Assembly: GCA_017935225.1 (NCBI GenBank)
Contig: JAGBIA010000109.1
Coordinates: forward strand, 1-56,717
Origin: Clostridia bacterium
GTDB taxonomy: Bacteria; Bacillota; Clostridia; Oscillospirales; CAG-272
Length of the DNA stretch: 56,717 nucleotides
Direction: 5' to 3'
Part shown: positions 1-8,863 of the stretch, piece by piece
How the letters are laid out: the number at the start of each line of letters is the position of its first letter
Numbering within the stretch: the first letter of the stretch is position 1
Translations under genes and position numbers: made by a program
The notes under the pieces: model-generated
Database searches by the model: none
What the model saw: the letters and a program-made list of their open reading frames with translations, nothing else
What the model was told of the DNA's origin: nothing

Positions 1-138
1 ACGGAAGTTCATTTTTTAATCGTTACGACCTTGGACAGTCGGCAACTCGTTGCAGGGACGCACGGTCCCTACAAGCATAGAGATAAGCCTATGCTTTTGG
101 TTACAGACCAAACAAAGATTTAGATCTCACTCTTCACA

Positions 139-177
139 ATAAAAAGAAACACGCGGTAGCGAGCTGTCCGCGTGTTT
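139..177 (-). terminator. Intrinsic terminator-like hairpin read on the minus strand
   Basis: Arms AAACACGCGG (147-156) and CCGCGTGTTT (168-177) with an 11-nt loop. On the minus strand the stem is followed by CTTTTTATT (rc of 138-146). Confidence 0.5.
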
Positions 178-387
178 CCACCTCGCATTTGTGCAAAACT
201 ACCGTCTGTTATGTCCCTACCCTCACAAACATCCCAAACTCCGATCGAGGCAGGCATAACGACCACGCACGCACCCTCGACCAACCCCCATTCAAGTTCT
301 TTGCGCCACTTTCTACGAAAGAAAGTGGCAAAAACACTACTCCAACTAACTACACAAACTAACTTTCAAGATTTCTGCATAAAACTC

Positions 388-416
388 TTGCAAAAGTCAA
401 AAAACTGTGATATAAT
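388..416 (+). promoter_or_regulatory. Sigma-A promoter of prfB
   Basis: TTGCAA (388-393), 17-nt spacer, extended -10 TGaTATAAT (408-416). Confidence 0.6.
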
Positions 417-473
417 AAATTGTTATAGTATGCAAATTTTACGTTAATGTGGCTCTGCCACGGGAGGTTTTAA

Positions 474-1580
474 TTGATAATCGCACTTGAAGAAGCAAAA
501 TATAAGCTTATCGGTATGAGAGCCGATATTGACGATCTCGGTTCCGCGCTCCGCATCGACGAGCTGAGAGTCACCGTCGAGGAGCTTGACAAGCAGACGC
601 TCGACCCTGATTTCTGGTCGAATTCCGAGAATTCCTCGAGCGTTCTCCAGAAGCTCAAGCAGACAAAGGACACAATTGAAAACTACGAAGCACTCAAGTC
701 TCGTCTTGAGGACGCTATCACGCTTGCCGAGATGGCGATCGAGGAGAACGAGGAGGCTTACATTGAAGAGGTCGAGGGCGAGCTCCGCGCGATCACCAAG
801 GAAGCCGAGAACAAGAGAATTGAGATTCTTCTTTCGGGCGAGTACGACAAGAACAACGCCATCGTCTCCTTCCACCCAGGTGCAGGCGGCACGGAGGCTC
901 AGGACTGGGCACAGATGCTTTATCGAATGATCACCCGTTGGGCAGAGCGCAAGGGATACAAGTACAAGCTGCTCGATTGGCTTGACGGCGACGCGGCAGG
1001 CATCAAGAGCGCGACTATTATGGTCGAGGGACTCAATGCGTACGGCTATCTCAAGGCTGAAAACGGCGTTCACAGACTCGTCCGCGTTTCCCCCTTTGAT
1101 GCGGCAGGCAGACGTCAGACTTCCTTTGCATCCATCGAGGTAATGCCCGAGTTCGATCAGCTCGACAAGGTAGAGATCCGCGAGGAAGACATCGAAGTCA
1201 CCGCGCACCGTTCGAGCGGCGCGGGCGGTCAGCACATCAACAAGACCGACTCCGCGATAAGAATTCTCCATAAGCCCACGGGTATCGTCGTCGGCTGTCA
1301 GACCGAGCGTTCTCAGCTTCAGAACAAGGAGACCGCGATGAAGATGCTCAAGGCAAAGCTGATGGAGATCAAGCTCCGCGAGCGTCTTGACACCATCGAG
1401 GACATCAAGGGCAACAAGACCAACATCGAGTGGGGCGCACAGATCTGCTCCTACGTATTTATGCCCTACACTCTCGCAAAAGACACGAGAACCGGCTACG
1501 AGGACGGAAACATCTCGGCTGTAATGGACGGCGAGATCGACGAGTTCATCAATGCCTACCTCAAGATGAACGCGAAATAA
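474..1580 (+). CDS. prfB: Peptide chain release factor 2, single uninterrupted frame
   Basis: TTG start 6 nt after GGGAGG (462-467). SPF tripeptide (VSPFDAAGRR) and GGQ motif (SGAGGQHINKTDSAIRILH). About 368 aa, collinear with RF2 from the N-terminus. Confidence 0.93.
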   Translation: MIIALEEAKYKLIGMRADIDDLGSALRIDELRVTVEELDKQTLDPDFWSNSENSSSVLQKLKQTKDTIENYEALKSRLEDAITLAEMAIEENEEAYIEEVEGELRAITKEAENKRIEILLSGEYDKNNAIVSFHPGAGGTEAQDWAQMLYRMITRWAERKGYKYKLLDWLDGDAAGIKSATIMVEGLNAYGYLKAENGVHRLVRVSPFDAAGRRQTSFASIEVMPEFDQLDKVEIREEDIEVTAHRSSGAGGQHINKTDSAIRILHKPTGIVVGCQTERSQLQNKETAMKMLKAKLMEIKLRERLDTIEDIKGNKTNIEWGAQICSYVFMPYTLAKDTRTGYEDGNISAVMDGEIDEFINAYLKMNAK

Positions 1581-1587
1581 GCAACTG

Positions 1588-1616
1588 TTGACATATCGGC
1601 ATATTTGTGATATAAT
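1588..1616 (+). promoter_or_regulatory. Sigma-A promoter upstream of the LRR operon
   Basis: TTGACA (1588-1593), 17-nt spacer, TGaTATAAT (1608-1616). Confidence 0.6.
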
Positions 1617-1665
1617 AATTAAAGAAGAACAAAGCTTCAACGGTACACCCGCTTGAGCTTTTACG

Positions 1666-1714
1666 AACACACGCGCACGGGTGGACCTGCTCTACCTATG
1701 CGCGTGTGTTTTTT
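1666..1714 (+). terminator. Leader terminator/attenuator hairpin between the promoter and the first LRR gene
   Basis: 12-bp stem AACACACGCGCA (1666-1677) / TGCGCGTGTGTT (1699-1710), 21-nt loop, T-run to 1714. It ends 12 nt before the ATG at 1726. Confidence 0.55.
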
Positions 1715-1725
1715 CGGAGGTCAGT

Positions 1726-3780
1726 ATGAAACGAGCCTTGATAATAATCGCAATAATCCTACTCATCGCGGCGGTCGTGGGGATAGTATTGCTCGGCAAT
1801 CTTATGCTTAATAATTACGCCGAAACGGGCTCGATCTTTGGTTCGAGTTTTGACAAACCCGGCAGCTTTTGGGAGAACGTCATCGGCGACGAAATACTTA
1901 ACGAGGTGCGCCCGGACGAGCCAACCGAAGAAAAGCAAACCTCCGCACCACCCATAGATCAAGGAAACTATATCTTTGAGGAGCTCCCGGACGGAACCTA
2001 CTCGGTAAAGCTCAAGGATCCTTCCGCCGAAGGCGAGATCCTCACTTTTCCCACGAGCTTCAACGGCAAACCCGTGACAATGATAAAAAAATCGGTCGAA
2101 ATAAACGTCACCGTGCGGCAGGTCATCATCCCCGACAGTGTGACGGTAATAAACGACAATGCATTTTGCAATTTTACATCTCTCGAAAGCGTTGTATTCG
2201 GTAAAAACGTGGCACACGTGCGGCCATCGGCGTTTATGAACTGCATTGTACTGAAAAACGTACAATTCAATGAAAATCTGGAACACATTTACGACTCTGC
2301 CTTCGAGAATTGCTATTCTCTTGAGTTCATCGATCTTCCCGAGGGGCTTCAAAGTATTCAAAATAGTGCTTTTTTAAATTGCAGCGGATTGAAGCAGATC
2401 AACATACCGTCGTCGGTATTCTACATCGGACGGTCTGCCTTCGCCAGATGTGATGCTCTGACCCACGTATACGTACCCGGCAACAATATGCAAGAGCTGC
2501 ACGAAGATATTTTCTACGGTTGCCAAAGCCTTGAGACTGCCGAACTTGGAAACGGAATAACCACCGTAGCGCATAATATGTTTGGAGCCTGCACAAATCT
2601 CAAGGAAGTAAAGCTCCCGTCAACACTTAAAACCATTGGATCATTTGCCTTTTTGGATTGTACCTCGTTAAAATATATTACCCTTCCCTACAACCTTTCC
2701 ACTATCAAGGAAGGCGCATTCGCAAACTGCTCGTCGTTAGAAAAGCTTGAGCTTCCTTCTTCGCTTAACCATCTTGAACTCGCATTTACAAATTGCTCCT
2801 CGCTTAAGAGTCTGACCGTAGCCAAGGGCAACGCCACCTACTACGACTCAGACAACTGCATTATCGACCGCACGACGAGAACTTTGGTCTACGGTTTATC
2901 GGGCTGTATCATACCCAATGACAACAGCGTAGTGATCATCGGACCGCAGGCATTGGAAGGTATAACGGCTCTGGCATCGCCTCTTCCCGATTCTCTCAAG
3001 ATCATTGATTTTGCCGCATTCAGATATGCCGAGATCGAAAGCATCGAGCTTCCGCAGGGGCTCAGCGAAATACGAGAACAAGCCTTTTCACAGTCGCAAT
3101 TAAAAAAGATTACTCTCCCCGACAGGCTCACCCTTTTAGGCAGCTCCGCCTTTTCGGGAAGTGCTTTGGAGGAAATGACCCTATCACACATTCCCTATGA
3201 AATGGGATACAATATATTCAGTGGTTGTAAATCCTTGCACACACTTACGGTCAAAGAGAATTTTCCTACCTACAGCGATTCACTATTCGCAGACTGCACT
3301 TCGCTTCAAACCGTGATCTTGTCCGATAAAGTAACAGAGATTCCATCTAAGTGCTTCTATGGATGCACAGCTCTTACGACGATAGAACTTCCCGAGCAAC
3401 TAACCGAGATCGCCAAAAGCGCATTCTCGGATTGCTCTTCTCTCGCGTCGATCGCTCTGCCCGACGCGTTGACGACAATAGGTGCATACGCCTTTAGCGG
3501 TTGCGAAGCGCTGACAGAGATCACAATTCCTAAAAACGTTACAAAGATCAAGGAATATGCTTTCAGAGACTGCACGAACCTTCAGACAATGACGATAAAC
3601 TCAAAAAATGCTGAGCTTTATGCATACGTCATCAAGGATGCCGATAATCTGACAAAGATCAACTACGTTGGCACGCGCGCAGATTGGGAAAGCATCCCGA
3701 AGCACGAAAAGTGGTCTGTGGATGCAGAGATATTCACAGTATTCTGCACCGACGGAGAGATAAATTACCCATTGAAATAA
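1726..3780 (+). CDS. BspA-type leucine-rich-repeat (LRR_5-like) membrane-anchored surface protein, paralog 1/6
   Basis: ATG 1726 after GGAGG (1716-1720). N-terminal MKRALIIIAIILLIAAVVG TM anchor plus the ETGSIFGS..FWENVIGDE motif. Body built of about 23-25-aa repeats (IP.SV..I...AF..C..L..I.L). C-terminal W...CTDGEINY. Confidence 0.85.
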   Translation: MKRALIIIAIILLIAAVVGIVLLGNLMLNNYAETGSIFGSSFDKPGSFWENVIGDEILNEVRPDEPTEEKQTSAPPIDQGNYIFEELPDGTYSVKLKDPSAEGEILTFPTSFNGKPVTMIKKSVEINVTVRQVIIPDSVTVINDNAFCNFTSLESVVFGKNVAHVRPSAFMNCIVLKNVQFNENLEHIYDSAFENCYSLEFIDLPEGLQSIQNSAFLNCSGLKQINIPSSVFYIGRSAFARCDALTHVYVPGNNMQELHEDIFYGCQSLETAELGNGITTVAHNMFGACTNLKEVKLPSTLKTIGSFAFLDCTSLKYITLPYNLSTIKEGAFANCSSLEKLELPSSLNHLELAFTNCSSLKSLTVAKGNATYYDSDNCIIDRTTRTLVYGLSGCIIPNDNSVVIIGPQALEGITALASPLPDSLKIIDFAAFRYAEIESIELPQGLSEIREQAFSQSQLKKITLPDRLTLLGSSAFSGSALEEMTLSHIPYEMGYNIFSGCKSLHTLTVKENFPTYSDSLFADCTSLQTVILSDKVTEIPSKCFYGCTALTTIELPEQLTEIAKSAFSDCSSLASIALPDALTTIGAYAFSGCEALTEITIPKNVTKIKEYAFRDCTNLQTMTINSKNAELYAYVIKDADNLTKINYVGTRADWESIPKHEKWSVDAEIFTVFCTDGEINYPLK

Positions 3781-3799
3781 ACTATAGAGGAGTCAAGCT

Positions 3800-5863
3800 A
3801 TGAAACGAGCTTTGATAATAATCGCAATAATATTGCTCTCTCTGCTGCTCATAGGAGTAATACTTATCGGCAGCCGTATGATGAGCAACTATACTCAGAC
3901 CGGCTCGGTTTTGGGATCGAGCGTTGACCTTTCGGGAGGCTTCTGGCAGGACGTTGGCAATATCGTCGGCGCCGTAATTCCCGGCTTCAAGCCGAACAAT
4001 ACACCGCAGGAAGAGACAGTTGACATCGGAAACAGTAAATATACTTATGAACTCTCTTGGGATGACACTTACGTCTTAGCCATTGAAAAAATTGCGCCTA
4101 CGGACGGAGTCCTGCGCTTCCCCTCAAGCTACGAGGGAAAGCCCGTCTCTGTAATCGTAACGCGCAGAGCGATGATAAGCCAAGAAGATACCTACAAGGT
4201 AAGAGAGATAATTATTCCCGACAGCGTTACCAAGATAGGCGAGAGCGCATTTGACGGGATGAAAAATCTCGAATCGGTTACTTTGGGCGCGAATGTTAAG
4301 ACTATTGCAAACCTTGCTTTTTACGGTTGCCCCAAGCTTAAAACCGTATATACAAGCGAAAAACTTTATTCGATCGATCGCTTCGCCTTTGCCGAGTGCA
4401 CCGCACTTGAGGAATTCAAGCTTCCCGAGGGGCTTCAAAAGATATCAGAGAACGCTTTTGAAAATTGCAGTTCACTTAAAAACGTAGATCTTCCGAAGAC
4501 CCTTACATACCTTGGCACCAATGCCTTTCGCGGATGCGCGTCCATCGAAAGACTTACCATCCCGAAATCTCTGAGTGAAATAGACTCCGGCGTATTCGGC
4601 GTTTGCGATAATCTTAAATTCGTAGAATTCGAATATGGCTCTACGAAAGTCGCTGATTCTATGTTTTTCAGATGTCTGAGTCTTGACACCGTTATTCTTC
4701 CGGACACGATCACTACTATTGAATACGGAGCGTTTCAAGGTTGTTCCAAACTTGAGAGCATAGACATTCCTGACTCCGTCACCACCATTGGTTCATCAGC
4801 ATTTTCAAATTGCAGAAGTCTTAAAAGTATAGATCTTCCCGAGTCGCTTACCACTCTTTCGGAACACACCTTTTCGAGATGCGAATCACTCAGAAGCATA
4901 TCTATTCCCGCAAAAGTCACAAAGATCGGTCAGGGCGCAATATCCTCAGAATTTATTGAAAAGATAAACGTTGACAAGAATAACCCTTGTTTTCGAGTGG
5001 TAAACGGCTGTTTGATAGAAAATGATACTAAAACGATAGTCGCCACCTGTAAATTATGCGCTATTCCCCGCGACGAAAACGTAACCACTATAGGTGCTTT
5101 CGCTTTTAACGGTTCCCCGATGAATAAGATCGTGATCCCCGAAAATATTACCAAGATATCCATGTATGCATTTAGTTCTTGTGCAATAGAAGAAATTCAT
5201 ATTCCGTCAAGTGTCAATGAGATAGAAGAGCATGCATTTGCGTCTTGTGAATATCTTCGCACAGCCGTTTTCGAAGGAGACGTGGACGTATTTGGAAGCT
5301 CTATCTTTCACGGATGCCCCTCTCTTAAAAACGTAACGTTGCCTCAAAATTTAACTTCCATACCGGTCAGAACTTTTTCCTCTTGTTCCTCTCTTGAAGA
5401 AATAATTCTCCCCGAGGGAATAGTAGATATCGGCGATCATACCTTCAGCTCTTGTTCGTCGCTTGAAGAAATAAATCTCCCGGAAGGAATAGTCAATATC
5501 GGTTATGAGGCCTTCGGTGGTTGCGAGTCGCTGAGCTCTTTGGTTCTTCCAAGCAAGCTTAACACGATAGAGATGTACGCATTCAAAGGCTGTAAATCGC
5601 TTAAAGAGATAACCATTCCCGAGGATGTATTGGAAATCGGGCCACACGCTTTTGAAGCTTGCACCTCACTTGAAGCTCTTACGATAAGATCCAAAACTGC
5701 AAAACTCAGCTCGAATATCCTTGTCGGAGCAAGCTTATTGACCGAAATCAGATTTGACGGAACGTGTGAGGAGTGGTACGGACTTGGCAAACACCCGGAT
5801 TGGCTTGCAGAAGATCAGCGTCTGACCATAATCTGCACCGACGGAGAGGTAGAAGAATACTAA
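3800..5863 (+). CDS. BspA-type LRR membrane-anchored surface protein, paralog 2/6
   Basis: RBS GAGGAG, ATG 3800. It has the same MKRALIIIAIILL anchor (this copy is more diverged), LRR_5-like repeats, and a C-terminal EEW....W....CTDGEVEEY. Confidence 0.85.
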   Translation: MKRALIIIAIILLSLLLIGVILIGSRMMSNYTQTGSVLGSSVDLSGGFWQDVGNIVGAVIPGFKPNNTPQEETVDIGNSKYTYELSWDDTYVLAIEKIAPTDGVLRFPSSYEGKPVSVIVTRRAMISQEDTYKVREIIIPDSVTKIGESAFDGMKNLESVTLGANVKTIANLAFYGCPKLKTVYTSEKLYSIDRFAFAECTALEEFKLPEGLQKISENAFENCSSLKNVDLPKTLTYLGTNAFRGCASIERLTIPKSLSEIDSGVFGVCDNLKFVEFEYGSTKVADSMFFRCLSLDTVILPDTITTIEYGAFQGCSKLESIDIPDSVTTIGSSAFSNCRSLKSIDLPESLTTLSEHTFSRCESLRSISIPAKVTKIGQGAISSEFIEKINVDKNNPCFRVVNGCLIENDTKTIVATCKLCAIPRDENVTTIGAFAFNGSPMNKIVIPENITKISMYAFSSCAIEEIHIPSSVNEIEEHAFASCEYLRTAVFEGDVDVFGSSIFHGCPSLKNVTLPQNLTSIPVRTFSSCSSLEEIILPEGIVDIGDHTFSSCSSLEEINLPEGIVNIGYEAFGGCESLSSLVLPSKLNTIEMYAFKGCKSLKEITIPEDVLEIGPHAFEACTSLEALTIRSKTAKLSSNILVGASLLTEIRFDGTCEEWYGLGKHPDWLAEDQRLTIICTDGEVEEY

Positions 5864-5887
5864 GCAAAACTATAAAGGAGTCAAGCT

Positions 5888-7288
5888 ATGAAACGAGCTT
5901 TGATAATAATCGCAATAATATTACTCATCGCGGCGGTCGTGGGGCTGGTATTGCTCGGCGGGCTTATGATGAATAATTACGCAGAAACCGGCTCTGTCTT
6001 CGGCTCGGGCTTTGACCTCTCGGGCGGATTTTGGGAGAACATCATCGGCGACGACACGATAGACGGTATCCCCACCTCGCCGCGTCCGTCTGAGACGGAT
6101 GAAAAATTTACAGATCCCTCACCCGACCGCACCGACGGTGACGAGGATATATACATAGACGATGAAGATCCCTATGTCGACTATGTGGATATATTTATTT
6201 TTAACTACTGCGGCGACGGTAACGTCGAGGTATCGCTAAACAAATATTACTCGGCAGAAGAGATCGTGATCCCGTCCACCTACGATGGAAAGACAGTATT
6301 CAGAATAGCCCAAGATGCCTTTCTGAACCGTTCCGACATAAAAAAGATCGTACTCCCCGATACTATAAAAGCCATTTATGCCAATGCTTTTTCGGGTTGC
6401 TCCTCGCTTTCCGAGATCGTCCTTCCCGACGGTGTAGAGCGCATTAAACAAGGAGCTTTCGAAGGTTGCAGTTCACTCAAGAGCATCAACTTACCCGCAA
6501 ACATAGCCTTTATCGGTAGCAACGCCTTCAAGGGCTGCACCTCTCTGACGTCGGTGATATTGCCGCCGAATTTATACGATTTAGACGCAAGCGCATTTGA
6601 GGGTTGCACTTCTCTCTCGTACGTTGAAATCTACGACGTCCATTCATTTGATGCAAACGTATTCTCGGGCTGCAGCGCACTCGAGACCGTGAAAATATGC
6701 GGCAACAATATAGGAATGGTGAGAGATAACCAATTTGGTCTGGACGTTCCGGTAAAGAACGTGATCTTTGCCGAGGGTCTGACTCGCATATCCGCAGAGA
6801 TCTGTAAGGGATTTTCTGAACTGAGACAAGTAAAGATCCCAGACAGCGTCGTTGAGATAGGCGAACGTGCTTTTTTCAACTGCCAGAATCTTGAAGTTAT
6901 CGAGTTTTCACAAAATCTGACTACGATAGAAAAATTCGCTTTCGGCAGTTGCTCAAATCTGAGATCCGTAACTATTCCCGACAGCGTCAAAGTCATTGAC
7001 GAATCTGCTTTCGCAAGTTGCTCCTCGCTTTCCGAGGTCAGTCTCGGAAGAAGCGTTGAGGTACTTCAAAGCACCGCCTTCTTCCAATGCAGTTCTCTTG
7101 AAAAAATCCACATCTGCGAAAATCTCAAGTTTATAGGTCCCGTTGCGTTTTACGGTTGCGAGAAGCTTGAGATCACTTACGAGGGCAGTGCTGCCGAGTG
7201 GAATGCAATAACAAAAGCAACAGACTGGGCAATCGGAATCGGAGATTATAAGATCATCTGCTCGGATGCAACCCTGACACCAAATTAA
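5888..7288 (+). CDS. BspA-type LRR membrane-anchored surface protein, paralog 3/6
   Basis: RBS AAGGAG, ATG 5888. Conserved 5' module, an acidic linker (DGDEDIYIDDEDPYVDY), LRR_5-like repeats, and a C-terminal AEW..I....W....ICSDATL. Confidence 0.85.
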   Translation: MKRALIIIAIILLIAAVVGLVLLGGLMMNNYAETGSVFGSGFDLSGGFWENIIGDDTIDGIPTSPRPSETDEKFTDPSPDRTDGDEDIYIDDEDPYVDYVDIFIFNYCGDGNVEVSLNKYYSAEEIVIPSTYDGKTVFRIAQDAFLNRSDIKKIVLPDTIKAIYANAFSGCSSLSEIVLPDGVERIKQGAFEGCSSLKSINLPANIAFIGSNAFKGCTSLTSVILPPNLYDLDASAFEGCTSLSYVEIYDVHSFDANVFSGCSALETVKICGNNIGMVRDNQFGLDVPVKNVIFAEGLTRISAEICKGFSELRQVKIPDSVVEIGERAFFNCQNLEVIEFSQNLTTIEKFAFGSCSNLRSVTIPDSVKVIDESAFASCSSLSEVSLGRSVEVLQSTAFFQCSSLEKIHICENLKFIGPVAFYGCEKLEITYEGSAAEWNAITKATDWAIGIGDYKIICSDATLTPN

Positions 7289-7306
7289 CACTCAAAGGAG
7301 GTCAAT

Positions 7307-8842
7307 ATGAAACGAGCTTTGATAATAATCGCAATAATATTACTCATCGCGGCGGTCGTGGGGGTAGTATTGCTTGGTGGGCTTATGATGAACAATTATG
7401 CCGAGACGGGTTCGATCTTTGGCTCGGGCTTTGACCTCTCGGGCGGCTTTTGGGAGAACATCATCGGCGACGAGGTGCTTGGCGGCATAGATACCTCGCC
7501 GCGTCCGACAGAGCCTGACAACGTTTTTACCGGCAAGACTGACGAGACCGACCAAGAACTACCCTCGGACGAGAGCGTGTTTATCTATGAATTGCTCGAC
7601 GACGGCACTTATGCGGTAAAGATCGACCGCACTGTGTCCGAAGACGGCATTTTGCGCATACCTGACAGCTTAAACGGCAAGCCCGTGACTGTGGTGAAGT
7701 CCTCCGCAGTAAGCGAAGCAGACAAGACATCCGCAATAAAAGAGGTGATCATTCCTGACAGCGTTACCACGATAGAGCCAAAGACATTTGCGACTTTTGA
7801 AAATCTTGAGAAAGTCGTGCTCGGCAACCGCGTGACTACAATAGGCGATGCTGCTTTTAACGGCTGCCGCAAATTGAAAAGCATAAACCTGCCCGATAGT
7901 CTTCAGTATATCGGAGTTGCTGCTTTCCAAAGCTGTCGCGGACTTCAAAACATCGTTTTGCCGAAATCGTTGACTACAATAGGCAGTTATGCATTTCAAG
8001 ATTGCATCGCTCTTTCAAGCATAGTTATTCCCGACAGTATCGAGACTATCGAAGAACATTCATTTTCCTACTGTGCCTCACTTGAAAGCGTAACGCTGAG
8101 AAAGGGTGTAAAGAAAATAAAAGACAATGCTTTCTATGAATGCACAGCGCTTTCCGAAATAATACTTAACGAAGGGCTTGAAGAAATAGGTCTCAGCGCA
8201 TTTGCTGCGTCAGCCGTTACATCCATACATATTCCTTCGTCTGTTACGTATGTACAACCCAATTTTTTGTCTTCGCAAAATTTGAACAGCATCACCGTGG
8301 ATCCGCAAAATGCCAAATATCACGCCGCAAACAATTGTTTGATAAAAACGGAATACAAGACGCTTGTTCGTGGCAGTAACACAAGCGTCATCCCGTCAGA
8401 CGGAAGCGTTGAGGTCATCGGAAATTTCGCATTCTACGATTTGACATTATCCGAAATAACTATTCCGGAAACAGTAATACATATTATGCCTTACGCTTTC
8501 GAGAACTGCACGTCTCTTACGAAAGTCAATTGGCACGACAATATACAAGCAATAGGTATCAACACATTTTATGGATGCAGCAGTCTCGGGGAAATAGATT
8601 TTCCCGAGAATCTCACAACACTGGATGGTAACTTTAGCAACTGCACCTCTTTGCATACCGTAAACCTATCTAAAAATATACAAGGGATTGGTGCAAGAAC
8701 GTTTTATGGATGCGAAAGCTTGAAAACTATAAATTACGACGGCACAAAGGAAGAGTGGAATGCTGTCGGGATCAGCCCTGAATGGAAGAATAAAAACATG
8801 CACTTCACCGTCGTTTGCACGGATGGCGAGATAGAATACTAA
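7307..8842 (+). CDS. BspA-type LRR membrane-anchored surface protein, paralog 4/6
   Basis: RBS AAGGAGG, ATG 7307. Conserved 5' module, LRR_5-like repeats, and a C-terminal EEWNAV....W......VVCTDGEIEY. Confidence 0.85.
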   Translation: MKRALIIIAIILLIAAVVGVVLLGGLMMNNYAETGSIFGSGFDLSGGFWENIIGDEVLGGIDTSPRPTEPDNVFTGKTDETDQELPSDESVFIYELLDDGTYAVKIDRTVSEDGILRIPDSLNGKPVTVVKSSAVSEADKTSAIKEVIIPDSVTTIEPKTFATFENLEKVVLGNRVTTIGDAAFNGCRKLKSINLPDSLQYIGVAAFQSCRGLQNIVLPKSLTTIGSYAFQDCIALSSIVIPDSIETIEEHSFSYCASLESVTLRKGVKKIKDNAFYECTALSEIILNEGLEEIGLSAFAASAVTSIHIPSSVTYVQPNFLSSQNLNSITVDPQNAKYHAANNCLIKTEYKTLVRGSNTSVIPSDGSVEVIGNFAFYDLTLSEITIPETVIHIMPYAFENCTSLTKVNWHDNIQAIGINTFYGCSSLGEIDFPENLTTLDGNFSNCTSLHTVNLSKNIQGIGARTFYGCESLKTINYDGTKEEWNAVGISPEWKNKNMHFTVVCTDGEIEY

Positions 8843-8863
8843 ACGAACACAAGGAGTCAAGCT

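Noticed and set aside
139-345. Confident T-box assignment for the minus-strand leader at the left edge.
   Set aside because: Only the GGTGG-terminator junction resembles a T-box. No Stem I, K-turn, specifier loop or AG-bulge could be identified by eye. It is reported only as an unclassified leader.
444-1670. Long antisense ORFs opposite housekeeping genes: 444-1670(-) vs prfB, 12932-13732(-) vs U32, 15529-16416(-) vs tcdA, 18684-20237(-) vs DUF3810/murA, 21216-23138(+) vs proA, 25139-26221(+) vs the oxidoreductase, 26584-27642(-) vs lepA, 55073-56059(-) vs asnA.
   Set aside because: In every case the opposite strand encodes a protein with unmistakable family motifs and proper translation signals. 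The antisense products have no motifs and no RBS.
1681-1725. N-terminal extensions offered by the ORF track for several genes (1681, 10648, 16265, 17267, 19440, 26551, 32024, 37775, 39244, 48817, 54887, 56395).
   Set aside because: In each case an internal ATG or GTG has a properly spaced GGAGG-type RBS and matches the conserved family N-terminus. The extension runs through promoter, terminator or upstream-gene sequence.
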